NCBI GenBank assembly: GCA_021841005.1
Contig: JAKBVZ010000020.1
Span: 20,752 to 84,751 of the forward strand
From: Actinomycetes bacterium
GTDB lineage: Bacteria; Actinomycetota; Acidimicrobiia; Acidimicrobiales; JAMCPL01
DNA: 64,000 nt
Reading direction: 5' to 3'
Below the pieces are notes generated by a model. The model saw nothing but the letters and a program-made list of their open reading frames with translations. It ran no database searches and was not told the DNA's origin. The position numbers and the translations under genes are program-made. Of the stretch, positions 29,612 through 38,463 are shown in pieces. The stretch's first letter is position 1; each line of letters begins with the position of its first letter.

Positions 29612-29764
29612 CTTCTGTGCTCCTCTTCTAGGTCTGCTGCGGCCACTATGCCGCAACTCGTGCACCGTGTGTTGCTCATCTTCTGTGCTCCTCTTCTAGG
29701 TCTGCTGCGGCCACTATGCCGCAACTCGTGCACCGTGTGTCGCTCATCTTCTGTGCTCCTCTTC
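29606..29764. repeat. MIRU-like element, locus D: 2.3 tandem copies of a 68-bp unit between metM-like and metO-like genes
   Basis: The 23-bp junction GCTCATCTTCTGTGCTCCTCTTC is present at 29606, 29674 and 29742. It is the complement of SD plus ATGAGC. The copies are separated by two 45-bp cores containing CTGCGGCCACTATGCCGCAA. Minus-strand mini-ORFs lie at 29676..29747 and 29608..29679. Confidence 0.95.
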
Positions 29765-29806
29765 CCGTGAGTCATACTACCAGTGCCTGTGTGTGGAGAC
29801 CATCCG

Positions 29807-31051
29807 TCATACACCGGAAATGCGGCCGGCCATTGCCTCGGCAAAGGCATCCATCCTGGCTGCGATGGTAACTGTTGGGTGGACAGAGTCGGTTAGAGCC
29901 TCGACGGTCTTGAGACCGTGACCGGTCACGAAGATGACCACCTTCTCCTCCGGCTTGATCACCCCTTCCGACACCAGCTTGGCGAGTGAAGCCACGGTCA
30001 CTCCACCTGCCGTTTCAGCAAATATACCTTCCGTTCTCGCCAGTAGCTTGATACCTTCGATTATCTCGCCGTCCGTCACGCTGGCAAACGAGCCTCCCGT
30101 GGACCGGACCGTATCGAGAGCGTACCAGCCATCAGCAGGGTTCCCTATGGCGAGCGACTTAGCGATTGTATCGGGTTTTACAGGTCTTATGACATCCTTG
30201 CCTGCCCGGAACGCATCGGCTACCGGAGAACATCCAAGCGCCTGTGCGCCTGATATCCGAACCGCTGGTTCCTCGGCAAGCAGCCCCACGGTATACAGCT
30301 CCTTGAACCCCTTTGCGATCTTCGTCAGCTGGCTGCCGGAAGCCACAGGAACCACCACGTGATCGGGAGTGGTCCATCCCATCTGCTCCGCCACTTCGAA
30401 CGCCAGCGTCTTGGAACCTTCCGCGTAGTAGGGACGCAGGTTCACATTCACAAAGGCCCAATCGTCGTGCTCACTGGTCAACTCCGCACACAACCTGTTC
30501 ACGTCATCATAAGTCCCTTCCACCGCAACCAGATGTCCGCCATATACCGCAGTCGTAATCACCTTTGCGACCTCCAGGTCATGCGGTATGAACACCAGTG
30601 ACTCCACCCCTCCTCGGGCCGCGTGCGCCGCTACGGCATTGGCGAGATTCCCTGTAGATGCGCAAGCCACCACTTTGAAACCCAGCTCACGAGCTTTGGC
30701 GAGTGAGACAGATACCACCCTGTCCTTAAAAGAACCGGTAGGGTTGGCCGTATCGTTCTTTACCCAGAGCGATTGCAATCCCAACTCGGAGCCGAGCCTA
30801 CCTGCCCGCACAAGAGGAGTGAAACCGGTTCCCATGGACAGATCGTCATTTCCCAGCACCGGAAGGAGTAGTCCGTATCTCCAGATACTACGCGGGCCTG
30901 CCTCTATGGACTCCCGGCTGATCCCCTCCTTAATACAATCGTAGTCGTAGTCCACTTCGAGCGGCCCGAAACAAAAGTCGCATACATGCAGCGCCTCCGC
31001 GGGATAGAGCCGTCCGCACTCCCTGCACTTCAGACCATTTACGCAATTCAC
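29807..31051 (-). CDS. Threonine-synthase-family PLP enzyme with N-terminal Cys4 zinc ribbon (MetM-like candidate homocysteine synthase)
   Basis: PLP lysine motif TGSFKDR. N-terminal CRECG...CDFC. Start is GTG, 5 nt after GAGGAGG. A SAM riboswitch lies upstream and a sulfur-carrier gene downstream. Confidence 0.8.
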   Translation of the reverse strand: MNCVNGLKCRECGRLYPAEALHVCDFCFGPLEVDYDYDCIKEGISRESIEAGPRSIWRYGLLLPVLGNDDLSMGTGFTPLVRAGRLGSELGLQSLWVKNDTANPTGSFKDRVVSVSLAKARELGFKVVACASTGNLANAVAAHAARGGVESLVFIPHDLEVAKVITTAVYGGHLVAVEGTYDDVNRLCAELTSEHDDWAFVNVNLRPYYAEGSKTLAFEVAEQMGWTTPDHVVVPVASGSQLTKIAKGFKELYTVGLLAEEPAVRISGAQALGCSPVADAFRAGKDVIRPVKPDTIAKSLAIGNPADGWYALDTVRSTGGSFASVTDGEIIEGIKLLARTEGIFAETAGGVTVASLAKLVSEGVIKPEEKVVIFVTGHGLKTVEALTDSVHPTVTIAARMDAFAEAMAGRISGV

Positions 31052-31166
31052 AGCAACCTCCTCATCATCGGTCGGGCATTGGCACCTGGTCTACCTTCAT
31101 AAGACATCACAGGTTGCCGCGGCTTCACAGGGCCCGTCCCTCAGCCGCTCTGGATGATGACAGCTG
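31052..31166 (-). promoter_or_regulatory. SAM riboswitch of the SAM-I clan (S-box-like core, apparently no internal P4)
   Basis: The minus-strand RNA reads UCAUCAUCCAGAGCGGCUGAGGGACGGGCCCUGUGAAGCCGCGGCAACC...GGUGCCAAUGCCCGACCGAUGAUGAGGAGG. It matches the S-box conserved blocks (AGAG-GGC-GAGGGA-GGCCC-UGAA-CC-GCAACC...GGUGC-AA). The P1 3-prime strand runs into the Shine-Dalgarno sequence. Confidence 0.8.
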
Positions 31167-31241
31167 GATGGCTACTGATGATTCATCCAAATGTCAATTT
31201 AAAGTATAGCACTGCTTACAAGGAGCGATAACCAGAGCTCA

Positions 31242-32699
31242 TTGACCCAGGTCACAAGAGACTTTGCCGATGCTGAGCACGGGGAAGTCAGTTTGCGATA
31301 TGCTATTTTCACCATGCTCGATGTCGAAGTCATAGTCGCATCGAATAGGGGCCCAGTCTCATTCGCACTCGACACAAAAAATAATCCCGTAGTGGCTTCA
31401 AGCGGGGGAGGTCTTGCAGGCACTCTCAGAAGGCTCCTGATTGGCAAGGGCGCCACATGGGTAGCGTGCTCCATGGGAGAAGCGGACACCAAGGCTGCAA
31501 GCTCTGGGCTGGCCGGAGCCGGAGCCGGCGAGGGCATCAATCTTGTAATGGTAAACCTGGATCCTGGCATCTACCACATGGCCTACGATACTGTCGCCAA
31601 TTCCACCCTCTGGTTCCTGCATCATCACATGATGGATCTGTCACGTGCACCGAGATTCGGCAAACGCTGGATGGAGGCATGGAAAGGCTACAGGGATTAC
31701 AATCAAGCATTCGCTGGTGAAATTGCCCAAGTTGCCGATAACGACGCATGTGTACTTGTCCAGGATTACCACCTTGCACTTCTACCGGGCATTCTCGCTG
31801 GAATCCGTCCAGACCTTCGTTGCATCCATTTCTCACATACCCCTTTCGCTGCCCCTGATTTCTTCGGTGTGCTGCCAACCGCTGTAGGCCGGGAACTCAT
31901 CACGGCCATGAGCACGGCCAAGAATTGCGGTTTCCATACCGAAAAATGGGCTGACTCTTACCGTAGGTCATGCATCTCTACGGGAATCGATTCACCTACC
32001 ACTTTTGTCTCTTCTCTCGGAGTGGACGCTGGCCTACTGCGCGAGGAGGCTCGAAGCGCCAAGTGCTCTGAAGCCAAGTCATGGGTGGAAAATGTGGCAG
32101 ACGGGCGTAGGCTCATTGTACGGACAGACAGGATGGAGCCATCCAAGAACGTGCTGCGCGGTCTCTGGGCATTTGACGAATTGCTGGCCGAACACCCTCA
32201 GTGGATAGAGCAGGTCGTGTTCCTGGTGCTCACCTACCCTTCCCGGCAGAACCTTCCCGAGTACCTGGCATACGCTTCCGAAGTGGAGACCACCGTGGAT
32301 TACCTGAATGACAAGTGGTCGACCAAATCCTGGACTCCAGTGGTGCTCGATCTCTCGGACGACTACTACAAGTCCCTGGCCGCACTATCGCTTTACGATC
32401 TACTTATGGTCAATCCGGTGAGAGATGGCTTGAACCTGGTCGCAAAGGAGGGTCCGCTGGTCAACGAGCGCAACGGCTCACTCCTTCTCAGCCGGGAAGC
32501 AGGCACTTTCGGCGAACTCAGCCAAGCCGCCATCGCCGTCAATCCTTACGATGTGGGCGAAACCGCTACCGCTGTTCATAAGGCGTTGCTGCTCGACGAT
32601 TCTGAACGTGCATCCCGCTCAACCAAGCTGGAGGAGCTTGCATCGACACGTACACCCGAGGACTGGCTGGATGATCAGCTCTCCCAGGCCCTAGCTTGA
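31242..32699 (+). CDS. otsA: Alpha,alpha-trehalose-phosphate synthase (GT20)
   Basis: GT20 features are present (VIVASNRGPVSF, VQDYHLALLPGIL, VNPVRDGLNLVAKEG). Start uncertain. Confidence 0.9.
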   Translation: MTQVTRDFADAEHGEVSLRYAIFTMLDVEVIVASNRGPVSFALDTKNNPVVASSGGGLAGTLRRLLIGKGATWVACSMGEADTKAASSGLAGAGAGEGINLVMVNLDPGIYHMAYDTVANSTLWFLHHHMMDLSRAPRFGKRWMEAWKGYRDYNQAFAGEIAQVADNDACVLVQDYHLALLPGILAGIRPDLRCIHFSHTPFAAPDFFGVLPTAVGRELITAMSTAKNCGFHTEKWADSYRRSCISTGIDSPTTFVSSLGVDAGLLREEARSAKCSEAKSWVENVADGRRLIVRTDRMEPSKNVLRGLWAFDELLAEHPQWIEQVVFLVLTYPSRQNLPEYLAYASEVETTVDYLNDKWSTKSWTPVVLDLSDDYYKSLAALSLYDLLMVNPVRDGLNLVAKEGPLVNERNGSLLLSREAGTFGELSQAAIAVNPYDVGETATAVHKALLLDDSERASRSTKLEELASTRTPEDWLDDQLSQALA

Positions 32700-32715
32700 G
32701 TCAAATGCTACCGCT

Positions 32716-33300
32716 TCAGCCCTTCTTGTGGCCTTTCATGATGGTGACATGACTGGCGGATATCGCTCCTGTAGAGGTGGCAGGTCCGATCACTCTCACC
32801 CGTTCGCCTACATGCAACGAGGACGCTGCAGCCGGCTTGCCTGCCGCTGAGTAGACAGTTGAGCTACTGGTCACCACGTTGTCTGTCTTGCCCGACTTCG
32901 TCGTCATGGTAAATCCGGTTGGAGACACAGCGGAAATCTTCCCCGCAGCCTCTGGAGGCTCGACAACCACTTCCTTTGCGGTAGAGCTAGATGCGCCCTT
33001 CACGAGTACCACTTTTACATGATCGCCATTGGCAAGCGAGGAGAAAGACGTAGCCACCCCATTGTCCTTGTACTTCGTCGACCCGGTGAGCGTTATGTTC
33101 AGTGTCGAGGACTTGAGGGTAAGAGTAAAGCCGTGTGCCGACAGAGCGGTCACCACGCCACTCAGGGCTTTCTTTTGGGATGGCGTCGAACTCGTCGAAC
33201 TCGGCACTTTAGCAGTGGCGGATGGTGCGGGACTCGACGAGCACGCTGCGGTACCGATGGCTATTGCAGCTATAGCGATGAGCTTGCTCATACGGCTCAT
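32716..33300 (-). CDS. Lipoprotein with two DUF5666-like repeats
   Basis: Lipobox AIGTAAC. There are two similar modules (GFTLTLKSSTLNITLTGSTKY...GDHVKV and GFTMTTKSGKTDNVVTSSSTVY...GERVRV). I moved the start to an internal ATG at 33300. Confidence 0.6.
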   Translation of the reverse strand: MSRMSKLIAIAAIAIGTAACSSSPAPSATAKVPSSTSSTPSQKKALSGVVTALSAHGFTLTLKSSTLNITLTGSTKYKDNGVATSFSSLANGDHVKVVLVKGASSSTAKEVVVEPPEAAGKISAVSPTGFTMTTKSGKTDNVVTSSSTVYSAAGKPAAASSLHVGERVRVIGPATSTGAISASHVTIMKGHKKG

Positions 33301-33552
33301 ACGCGAGCCATGGCCGCTGCTGCATCTGCCGCCGGTCGACCATCGGTGTGCCCTGCCTGCGTATTTGGCCGTAGCGTCCTCTACGCCTGCGATGCCTGCA
33401 ATGTCTGCAGCACCCGTCGACACACCGGACGGATTGTTGTTGCTCATGTGTATTCCTTTCTGTATCTCTGTATTGATATTCTGCATGACCTACCTATATG
33501 ACTGTCCTGTCTGGCTTTCCTGTCTATCTACGATATATTGGCGTTTGCATAT

Positions 33553-36500
33553 CTAAAGATGCTCCGCCGCATCACCCGCCAGGTTCCCACCCGCCAGGTT
33601 CCCGGAAACTTCCCCGCCATCTTCATCTTCATCCCTGTGCCTTCCAAGCAGCTTGCCCACCAGGCGGGCACCGTCATCAATATAGGAATAGAACACCGGG
33701 ACCACCAGCAACGAAAGTGCTGTCGAGGAGAGCAAGCCGCCGATCAGCACGGTGCCAATAGGCATTCGCTCGGAAGCCCCTACGCCGGTAAGCAAGGCAA
33801 GCGGCAGCATGGCACCGACCATAGTGGCGGTGGTCATCAAGATCGGCCTTATCCTGGTGGCCCCAGACTCCACGATCGCATCATTACGAGCATAGCCACG
33901 CTTGCGGAGCGTCTTGGTGTAATCCACCAGTAGAATCGAGTTCTTTGCCACCAAGCCCATCAGCATGATCATCGCGAGCAATGCAAATATCGACATGGAA
34001 AGCCCTGATGCCCAGAGCGCGAGCAAGGCTCCTACTGTGGCAAGGGGCACGGCGAACATCACTGAAAGTGGATCCAGGAAGGACTCGTAAAGGGCAGCAA
34101 GAAGCATGTACACGAGCAGTACTGACAATAGAAGTGCTCCTATCAGCGGTCCGAAGGCTCTTGACTGAGCCAGAGCCTCTCCCCCCACCTGCAGAGCATA
34201 TCCGGTGGGCAACCCAACGGTCTTGGCGGCGCTCATAAGAGCCGCCTCAGCAGGACCCGAGTTCCCTGAAGTGCTCGATGCGGAGACGGATACTGCATAT
34301 TCCCGATTGATCTGTACTATGCTGCCGGGCCCGGGCGCAACGCTCAAGTCGGCAACAGTGGACAGCGGCACCGTTCCGTGCCCTGTGGGTATTGGTATTG
34401 ACGAAAGCTCGGCCGGAGTGAACTTCACTCCTCCGTCCAACTGCATGACTACCGGTTCTGAAGGCGCTGTCGACGAAGTGATGAGCGGTGGCACCTTCAC
34501 TCCACCGAGAGCGGAAGCAATAGTGGAACCGATGGTGGAAGTGGTCACACCAAGGTAAGCCGCCTCAGCATGGTTTACATTGATGGCCAACTCTGGTGTA
34601 GGAGCAGGTATGTTGTTGGATACCTGAGAGACAGCTGGACTCTTTTCCGCTGCGTTGGTGATCGACGTCGCTATGCTCTCCAACTCGTTGAGGTCAGGAC
34701 CGACTATGGACACCGTGGCGGCACGAGCACCACCAGCAACAAACGGATTGCTTACATGGGCATGAGCGACCAGGCCAGGGTATTTTCGCTCCATTGCAAC
34801 GACTCGTTTCTCGTATGTCTTAATCGATGGCCGGCTGCCGCGGGGACCAAGGTCTAGGGTAATCTGTCCCAAATTGTGCCCCGTGCCTGATCCTGCACTA
34901 TATCCTGCCGAGACAAATACATTCGTTACGCCCTGCAAACCCTGCAACCTCTTGGAAAATGCCGCGAGGGTGGTCTGATCGGTCGAGAGCGGAGTACCTG
35001 GCGGTAGGGTGGCCTTCACCGTTACTACCCCGTTGTCCTCAGGGGGGACAAAAGTTGTGGGCACCACGCCGGAAGTAACGATGAGAACACTTGCAACCGC
35101 CGACACGATTCCCACGCTGAGCACTATAATCCGATGTCTGAGGGCCCACCTCACCACGTGCCGGTACCACTCACGCATCCAGTCGAACCCGGCATCGAAG
35201 CGCATACCTATTCTCGTGGACAACGTACCACTCTTCTGCTCCTTCCCAAGCCAGCGAGAGGCAAGCATGGGGGTAAGCGTGAACGACACCAGGAGGGAAA
35301 AGAGGGTAGCCGCTACAATGGTAAGACCGAACTCCCTGAAGAGCTGACCCACATTGCCCGAAACAAACGCCACCGGGGCATACACAACCACATCGGTCAA
35401 GGTAATAGCTACGGCCGCGGCCCCTATCTCCATCCGACCATCGACCGCAGCATCTGCAGGCGCCTTGCCCATGGCGCGATGACGATTGATATTCTCAAGT
35501 ACTACGATAGAATCATCAACCAGTATTCCAATGAGCAGTGACAGGGCCATCAGTGAAATAAGATCCAGGCTGAAATGGAGGAAATACATTACAAGGAAAG
35601 TGGATATCAGCGATACGGGTATGGCAATCATGACGATTGCCGTATTGGCCAACCTGTGCAGGAACACCAGCAGTATCAGTGCAGCTATGAGTATGCCAAG
35701 GAACAGATCCATCTCCACGTTGGACAGGGCACCTCTCACGTAGTTGGTCACATCGCCTATAATCGTGCTTGTAACCCCCGGAGGAAGTTTGCTCTGCAGC
35801 CCTGCCAGCGCTGATCGTATTGCCGTATCCACTTGCAAGGAGTTAGCGGTGGACGATGCGCTCACGACAAGACCGACCGCCGGACTACCATTCAAGGTGG
35901 CGACCGACTGCTTCTGGGCAAGACCCTGCGTGACACTGGCCACGTTGCCGAGAAGTACATTCCCGCCCGAGCGGGAAGCCACTGGTATGGAGGCAAGCTG
36001 CGCCACCGAGTTGTACCCTCCATGGACTCGAGCAAGTAGCTCGTGTTCTCCAACCACGGTTACGCCACCGGTGACTGATGTATTCTGCGCATGTAGAGCA
36101 CCTGCCACCTCGCTCATCGATACGCCATAAGCGCTGAGCGCAGTGCTCGAGACGTTGACGGTCACCACTTGAGGCTGCCCGCCGACAACAGTAACCTGGG
36201 AAACCCCTGGAATCTCCTGCAATGAAGGCGCCACCAGAGTGGATGCCAGGTTGAACAGCTGCGAGGACGCCAGCGGGCCCGAGAGGGCAATGTTCATCAT
36301 GGGCAACGCGTTTGGATTGGCTTTCAGTATCGAGGGTGGGCTTGCTGTGGATGGAAGTGACCTCGCCAACTTCTGCAGGGCAAGTGACACGCTTGCCGCC
36401 TGCTGATCAATATTGGTCCCTCCGGTAAACTCCATGGAAACCGATGAACGCCCTGGTGAAGAAGTTCCCACCATCGTAACGATACCGGACTCTGAAGAAA

Positions 36501-36783
36501 GTGCCTTCTCTATAGGGTCGGTAATGGCACTGGCCACTGTTGCCGCATTGGTTCCTGGATCTGATACCGATACGCGCAAGTAAGGAAAATTGACGTTCGG
36601 CAGGCGCCTGACCGGCAATCTTGTAAATGCCACCAAGCCAAAGAGCACGAAGAAGCCAAGCACCATGATGATGGTGACCGGTCGCCGCACCGACAGCGAG
36701 GTCAGATTAAAACGCGTATGCGTAACGGCGTTTCTCTCCTGTCCCTTCTTCCCGCTGGTCTCCCCGCCGGTCTGGACTCCCAC
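33553..36783 (-). CDS. RND efflux transporter, AcrB/HAE-type
   Basis: 1076-aa, 12-TM protein with two large loops. AcrB-like N-terminus (SVRRPVTIIMV) and conserved TM4 region GILVDDSIVVLENI. Confidence 0.9.
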   Translation of the reverse strand: MGVQTGGETSGKKGQERNAVTHTRFNLTSLSVRRPVTIIMVLGFFVLFGLVAFTRLPVRRLPNVNFPYLRVSVSDPGTNAATVASAITDPIEKALSSESGIVTMVGTSSPGRSSVSMEFTGGTNIDQQAASVSLALQKLARSLPSTASPPSILKANPNALPMMNIALSGPLASSQLFNLASTLVAPSLQEIPGVSQVTVVGGQPQVVTVNVSSTALSAYGVSMSEVAGALHAQNTSVTGGVTVVGEHELLARVHGGYNSVAQLASIPVASRSGGNVLLGNVASVTQGLAQKQSVATLNGSPAVGLVVSASSTANSLQVDTAIRSALAGLQSKLPPGVTSTIIGDVTNYVRGALSNVEMDLFLGILIAALILLVFLHRLANTAIVMIAIPVSLISTFLVMYFLHFSLDLISLMALSLLIGILVDDSIVVLENINRHRAMGKAPADAAVDGRMEIGAAAVAITLTDVVVYAPVAFVSGNVGQLFREFGLTIVAATLFSLLVSFTLTPMLASRWLGKEQKSGTLSTRIGMRFDAGFDWMREWYRHVVRWALRHRIIVLSVGIVSAVASVLIVTSGVVPTTFVPPEDNGVVTVKATLPPGTPLSTDQTTLAAFSKRLQGLQGVTNVFVSAGYSAGSGTGHNLGQITLDLGPRGSRPSIKTYEKRVVAMERKYPGLVAHAHVSNPFVAGGARAATVSIVGPDLNELESIATSITNAAEKSPAVSQVSNNIPAPTPELAINVNHAEAAYLGVTTSTIGSTIASALGGVKVPPLITSSTAPSEPVVMQLDGGVKFTPAELSSIPIPTGHGTVPLSTVADLSVAPGPGSIVQINREYAVSVSASSTSGNSGPAEAALMSAAKTVGLPTGYALQVGGEALAQSRAFGPLIGALLLSVLLVYMLLAALYESFLDPLSVMFAVPLATVGALLALWASGLSMSIFALLAMIMLMGLVAKNSILLVDYTKTLRKRGYARNDAIVESGATRIRPILMTTATMVGAMLPLALLTGVGASERMPIGTVLIGGLLSSTALSLLVVPVFYSYIDDGARLVGKLLGRHRDEDEDGGEVSGNLAGGNLAGDAAEHL

Positions 36784-36792
36784 GTGACTCCG

Positions 36793-38406
36793 CTAACCCT
36801 TCTTCCCGCCAAATCCTCCGAAGCCGCCTGCTCCTCCACCACCGGCTCCTCCACCACCACCCTTGGTGCCCTTTTTCGAGGTTGGAGCAGGAACGGTCAG
36901 CGTTCCCGACAGATTGGCGAGCCCGGCCACCGCCGTACCGGTCACGGTGGATGGTACGGTAATGCTGCCGCTGATCTTCACGTGTCCACCGTTCGCAAGG
37001 TAAGTCTGCCCTACGGCGACCACTTTCGTGCCCGCCGGGATACCCGTAACCATCGTGGTGGTACCATCCGATATTCCTGCGGTTACATTGACAAGCGATA
37101 CAGTGTGGTCGGAATGGATCTCGAACACCTGCGATATGCCATTGATGTTCACTATAGCCTCTGACGGCACGAGGACGGCGGGTGAATACTTTTTGGTGAT
37201 CACATTTACCACAGCGGATTCACCGCTCAGCAACCAGCTTGGCTGCGCCCCCGGTGTAAGCGTCACCGTAAAGGTCAACGAGCTTGGATTGCTGGTCGGC
37301 GATATCGCCTGGACCGTAACTGGCAACGGAGTAGGTGCACCTGGTGTCAAAGCACTGGCCTGCTCGCCGGCATGGATAAGAGCGAGATCCTGCTGTGCCA
37401 GCGGAGCTTGTAGTGTCAGTGCCGTAGTCTCTACAGTTGCCAGGGTGGTTCCCGATCCTACCTGTTGCCCGGTAATGGCGGGAACGGAAACCACAACCCC
37501 GGCAAATGGCGCCCTTACTGTCTCTTGGGCGATCTCTGCCTGAACCAGTTGTACCTGGCTCTGAGCTTGTATCAATGCAGTAGTGGAAGCAGGGCTTTCT
37601 GCCTGCACCAGCTGGTACTGAGCTGCACGCATAGCAGCTTGGGCTGCCGACAGGTTGGCCTGATCCAGAAGGACATCCTGCTGTGCCGTACCAAGGCCGG
37701 ACTGGTCGCTGGTGGCACTGTCACTGTCCGATGATTTCTCAGAAGCGTCCACCTGAGCTGTCTGCTCGGCTTGCTCGGCGTTGTCCAGGCTTACTTGGGC
37801 TTGATCCAGTGCCGCCTGAGCCTTTGCTACCCCTGCTTGTGCAGTAAGGATTGCCGCCTGCTGATTGGATGAATTAGTGGTCTGGGCATTTTGAAGGATG
37901 CCCTGAGCAGCCGCCAGTTGCGCCGCCAGCGTGGGACTGGTAACCGTAGCAACCGGCTGGCCGGCCTGCACCAGCTGACCTGCCGTCACGTCGACCGCTG
38001 TAACGGTACCGGAATTCGTAGCCACCAAAGTCAGCGTGGCCCGTGGCAACACCGTACCTGAAAGGGTCAACTGGTACGTAGCGGTGCCGGAGACAGACGA
38101 CGCCGCTATCACGGAGCTCACACCACTAGCCTTGTGATGCCCCTTCTTGCCCTTCTTGCCGTGTCCCCCATGATGGCCATGATGCCCGCCGGCAAGGATA
38201 ATGCCACCGCTGGAACCGGGCGAGCCGGCAAATGCGCTGGAACTCATACCGAGACCGGCAACAGTCATTGCAAGCGCGACGGCGAGCAGGAGCTTGATCC
38301 ACCTCGACTTATGCACATAGGTGGAAGCCGCCTTGGATACGGTGATGCAGATACCTCTGGTAATACGAGTTATCCTTGCGGTAAGTCCGGAAATGATCGC
38401 CTTCAC
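36793..38406 (-). CDS. RND/efflux periplasmic adaptor (HlyD/MFP family) with His-rich N-terminal and Gly-rich C-terminal tails
   Basis: Coiled-coil, Ala/Gln-rich hairpin region plus beta-barrel segments. N-terminal GGHHGHHGGHGKKGKKGHHK. C-terminal GGGGGAGGGGAGGFGGFGGKKG. Abuts the RND gene. Confidence 0.8.
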   Translation of the reverse strand: MKAIISGLTARITRITRGICITVSKAASTYVHKSRWIKLLLAVALAMTVAGLGMSSSAFAGSPGSSGGIILAGGHHGHHGGHGKKGKKGHHKASGVSSVIAASSVSGTATYQLTLSGTVLPRATLTLVATNSGTVTAVDVTAGQLVQAGQPVATVTSPTLAAQLAAAQGILQNAQTTNSSNQQAAILTAQAGVAKAQAALDQAQVSLDNAEQAEQTAQVDASEKSSDSDSATSDQSGLGTAQQDVLLDQANLSAAQAAMRAAQYQLVQAESPASTTALIQAQSQVQLVQAEIAQETVRAPFAGVVVSVPAITGQQVGSGTTLATVETTALTLQAPLAQQDLALIHAGEQASALTPGAPTPLPVTVQAISPTSNPSSLTFTVTLTPGAQPSWLLSGESAVVNVITKKYSPAVLVPSEAIVNINGISQVFEIHSDHTVSLVNVTAGISDGTTTMVTGIPAGTKVVAVGQTYLANGGHVKISGSITVPSTVTGTAVAGLANLSGTLTVPAPTSKKGTKGGGGGAGGGGAGGFGGFGGKKG

Positions 38407-38463
38407 ATATTCAATTCAACACCCCCAACATGAAAAACAGATTAAGAATGGTTAAAGACTTCC

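Noticed and set aside
29606-29764. The repeat-spacer-repeat layout could be read as a mini CRISPR array.
   Set aside because: There are only three 23-bp repeats. The two 'spacers' are the same sequence, differing at one base. The repeats contain a Shine-Dalgarno sequence plus a start codon, and no cas genes are present in the window. It is a 68-bp tandem duplication.
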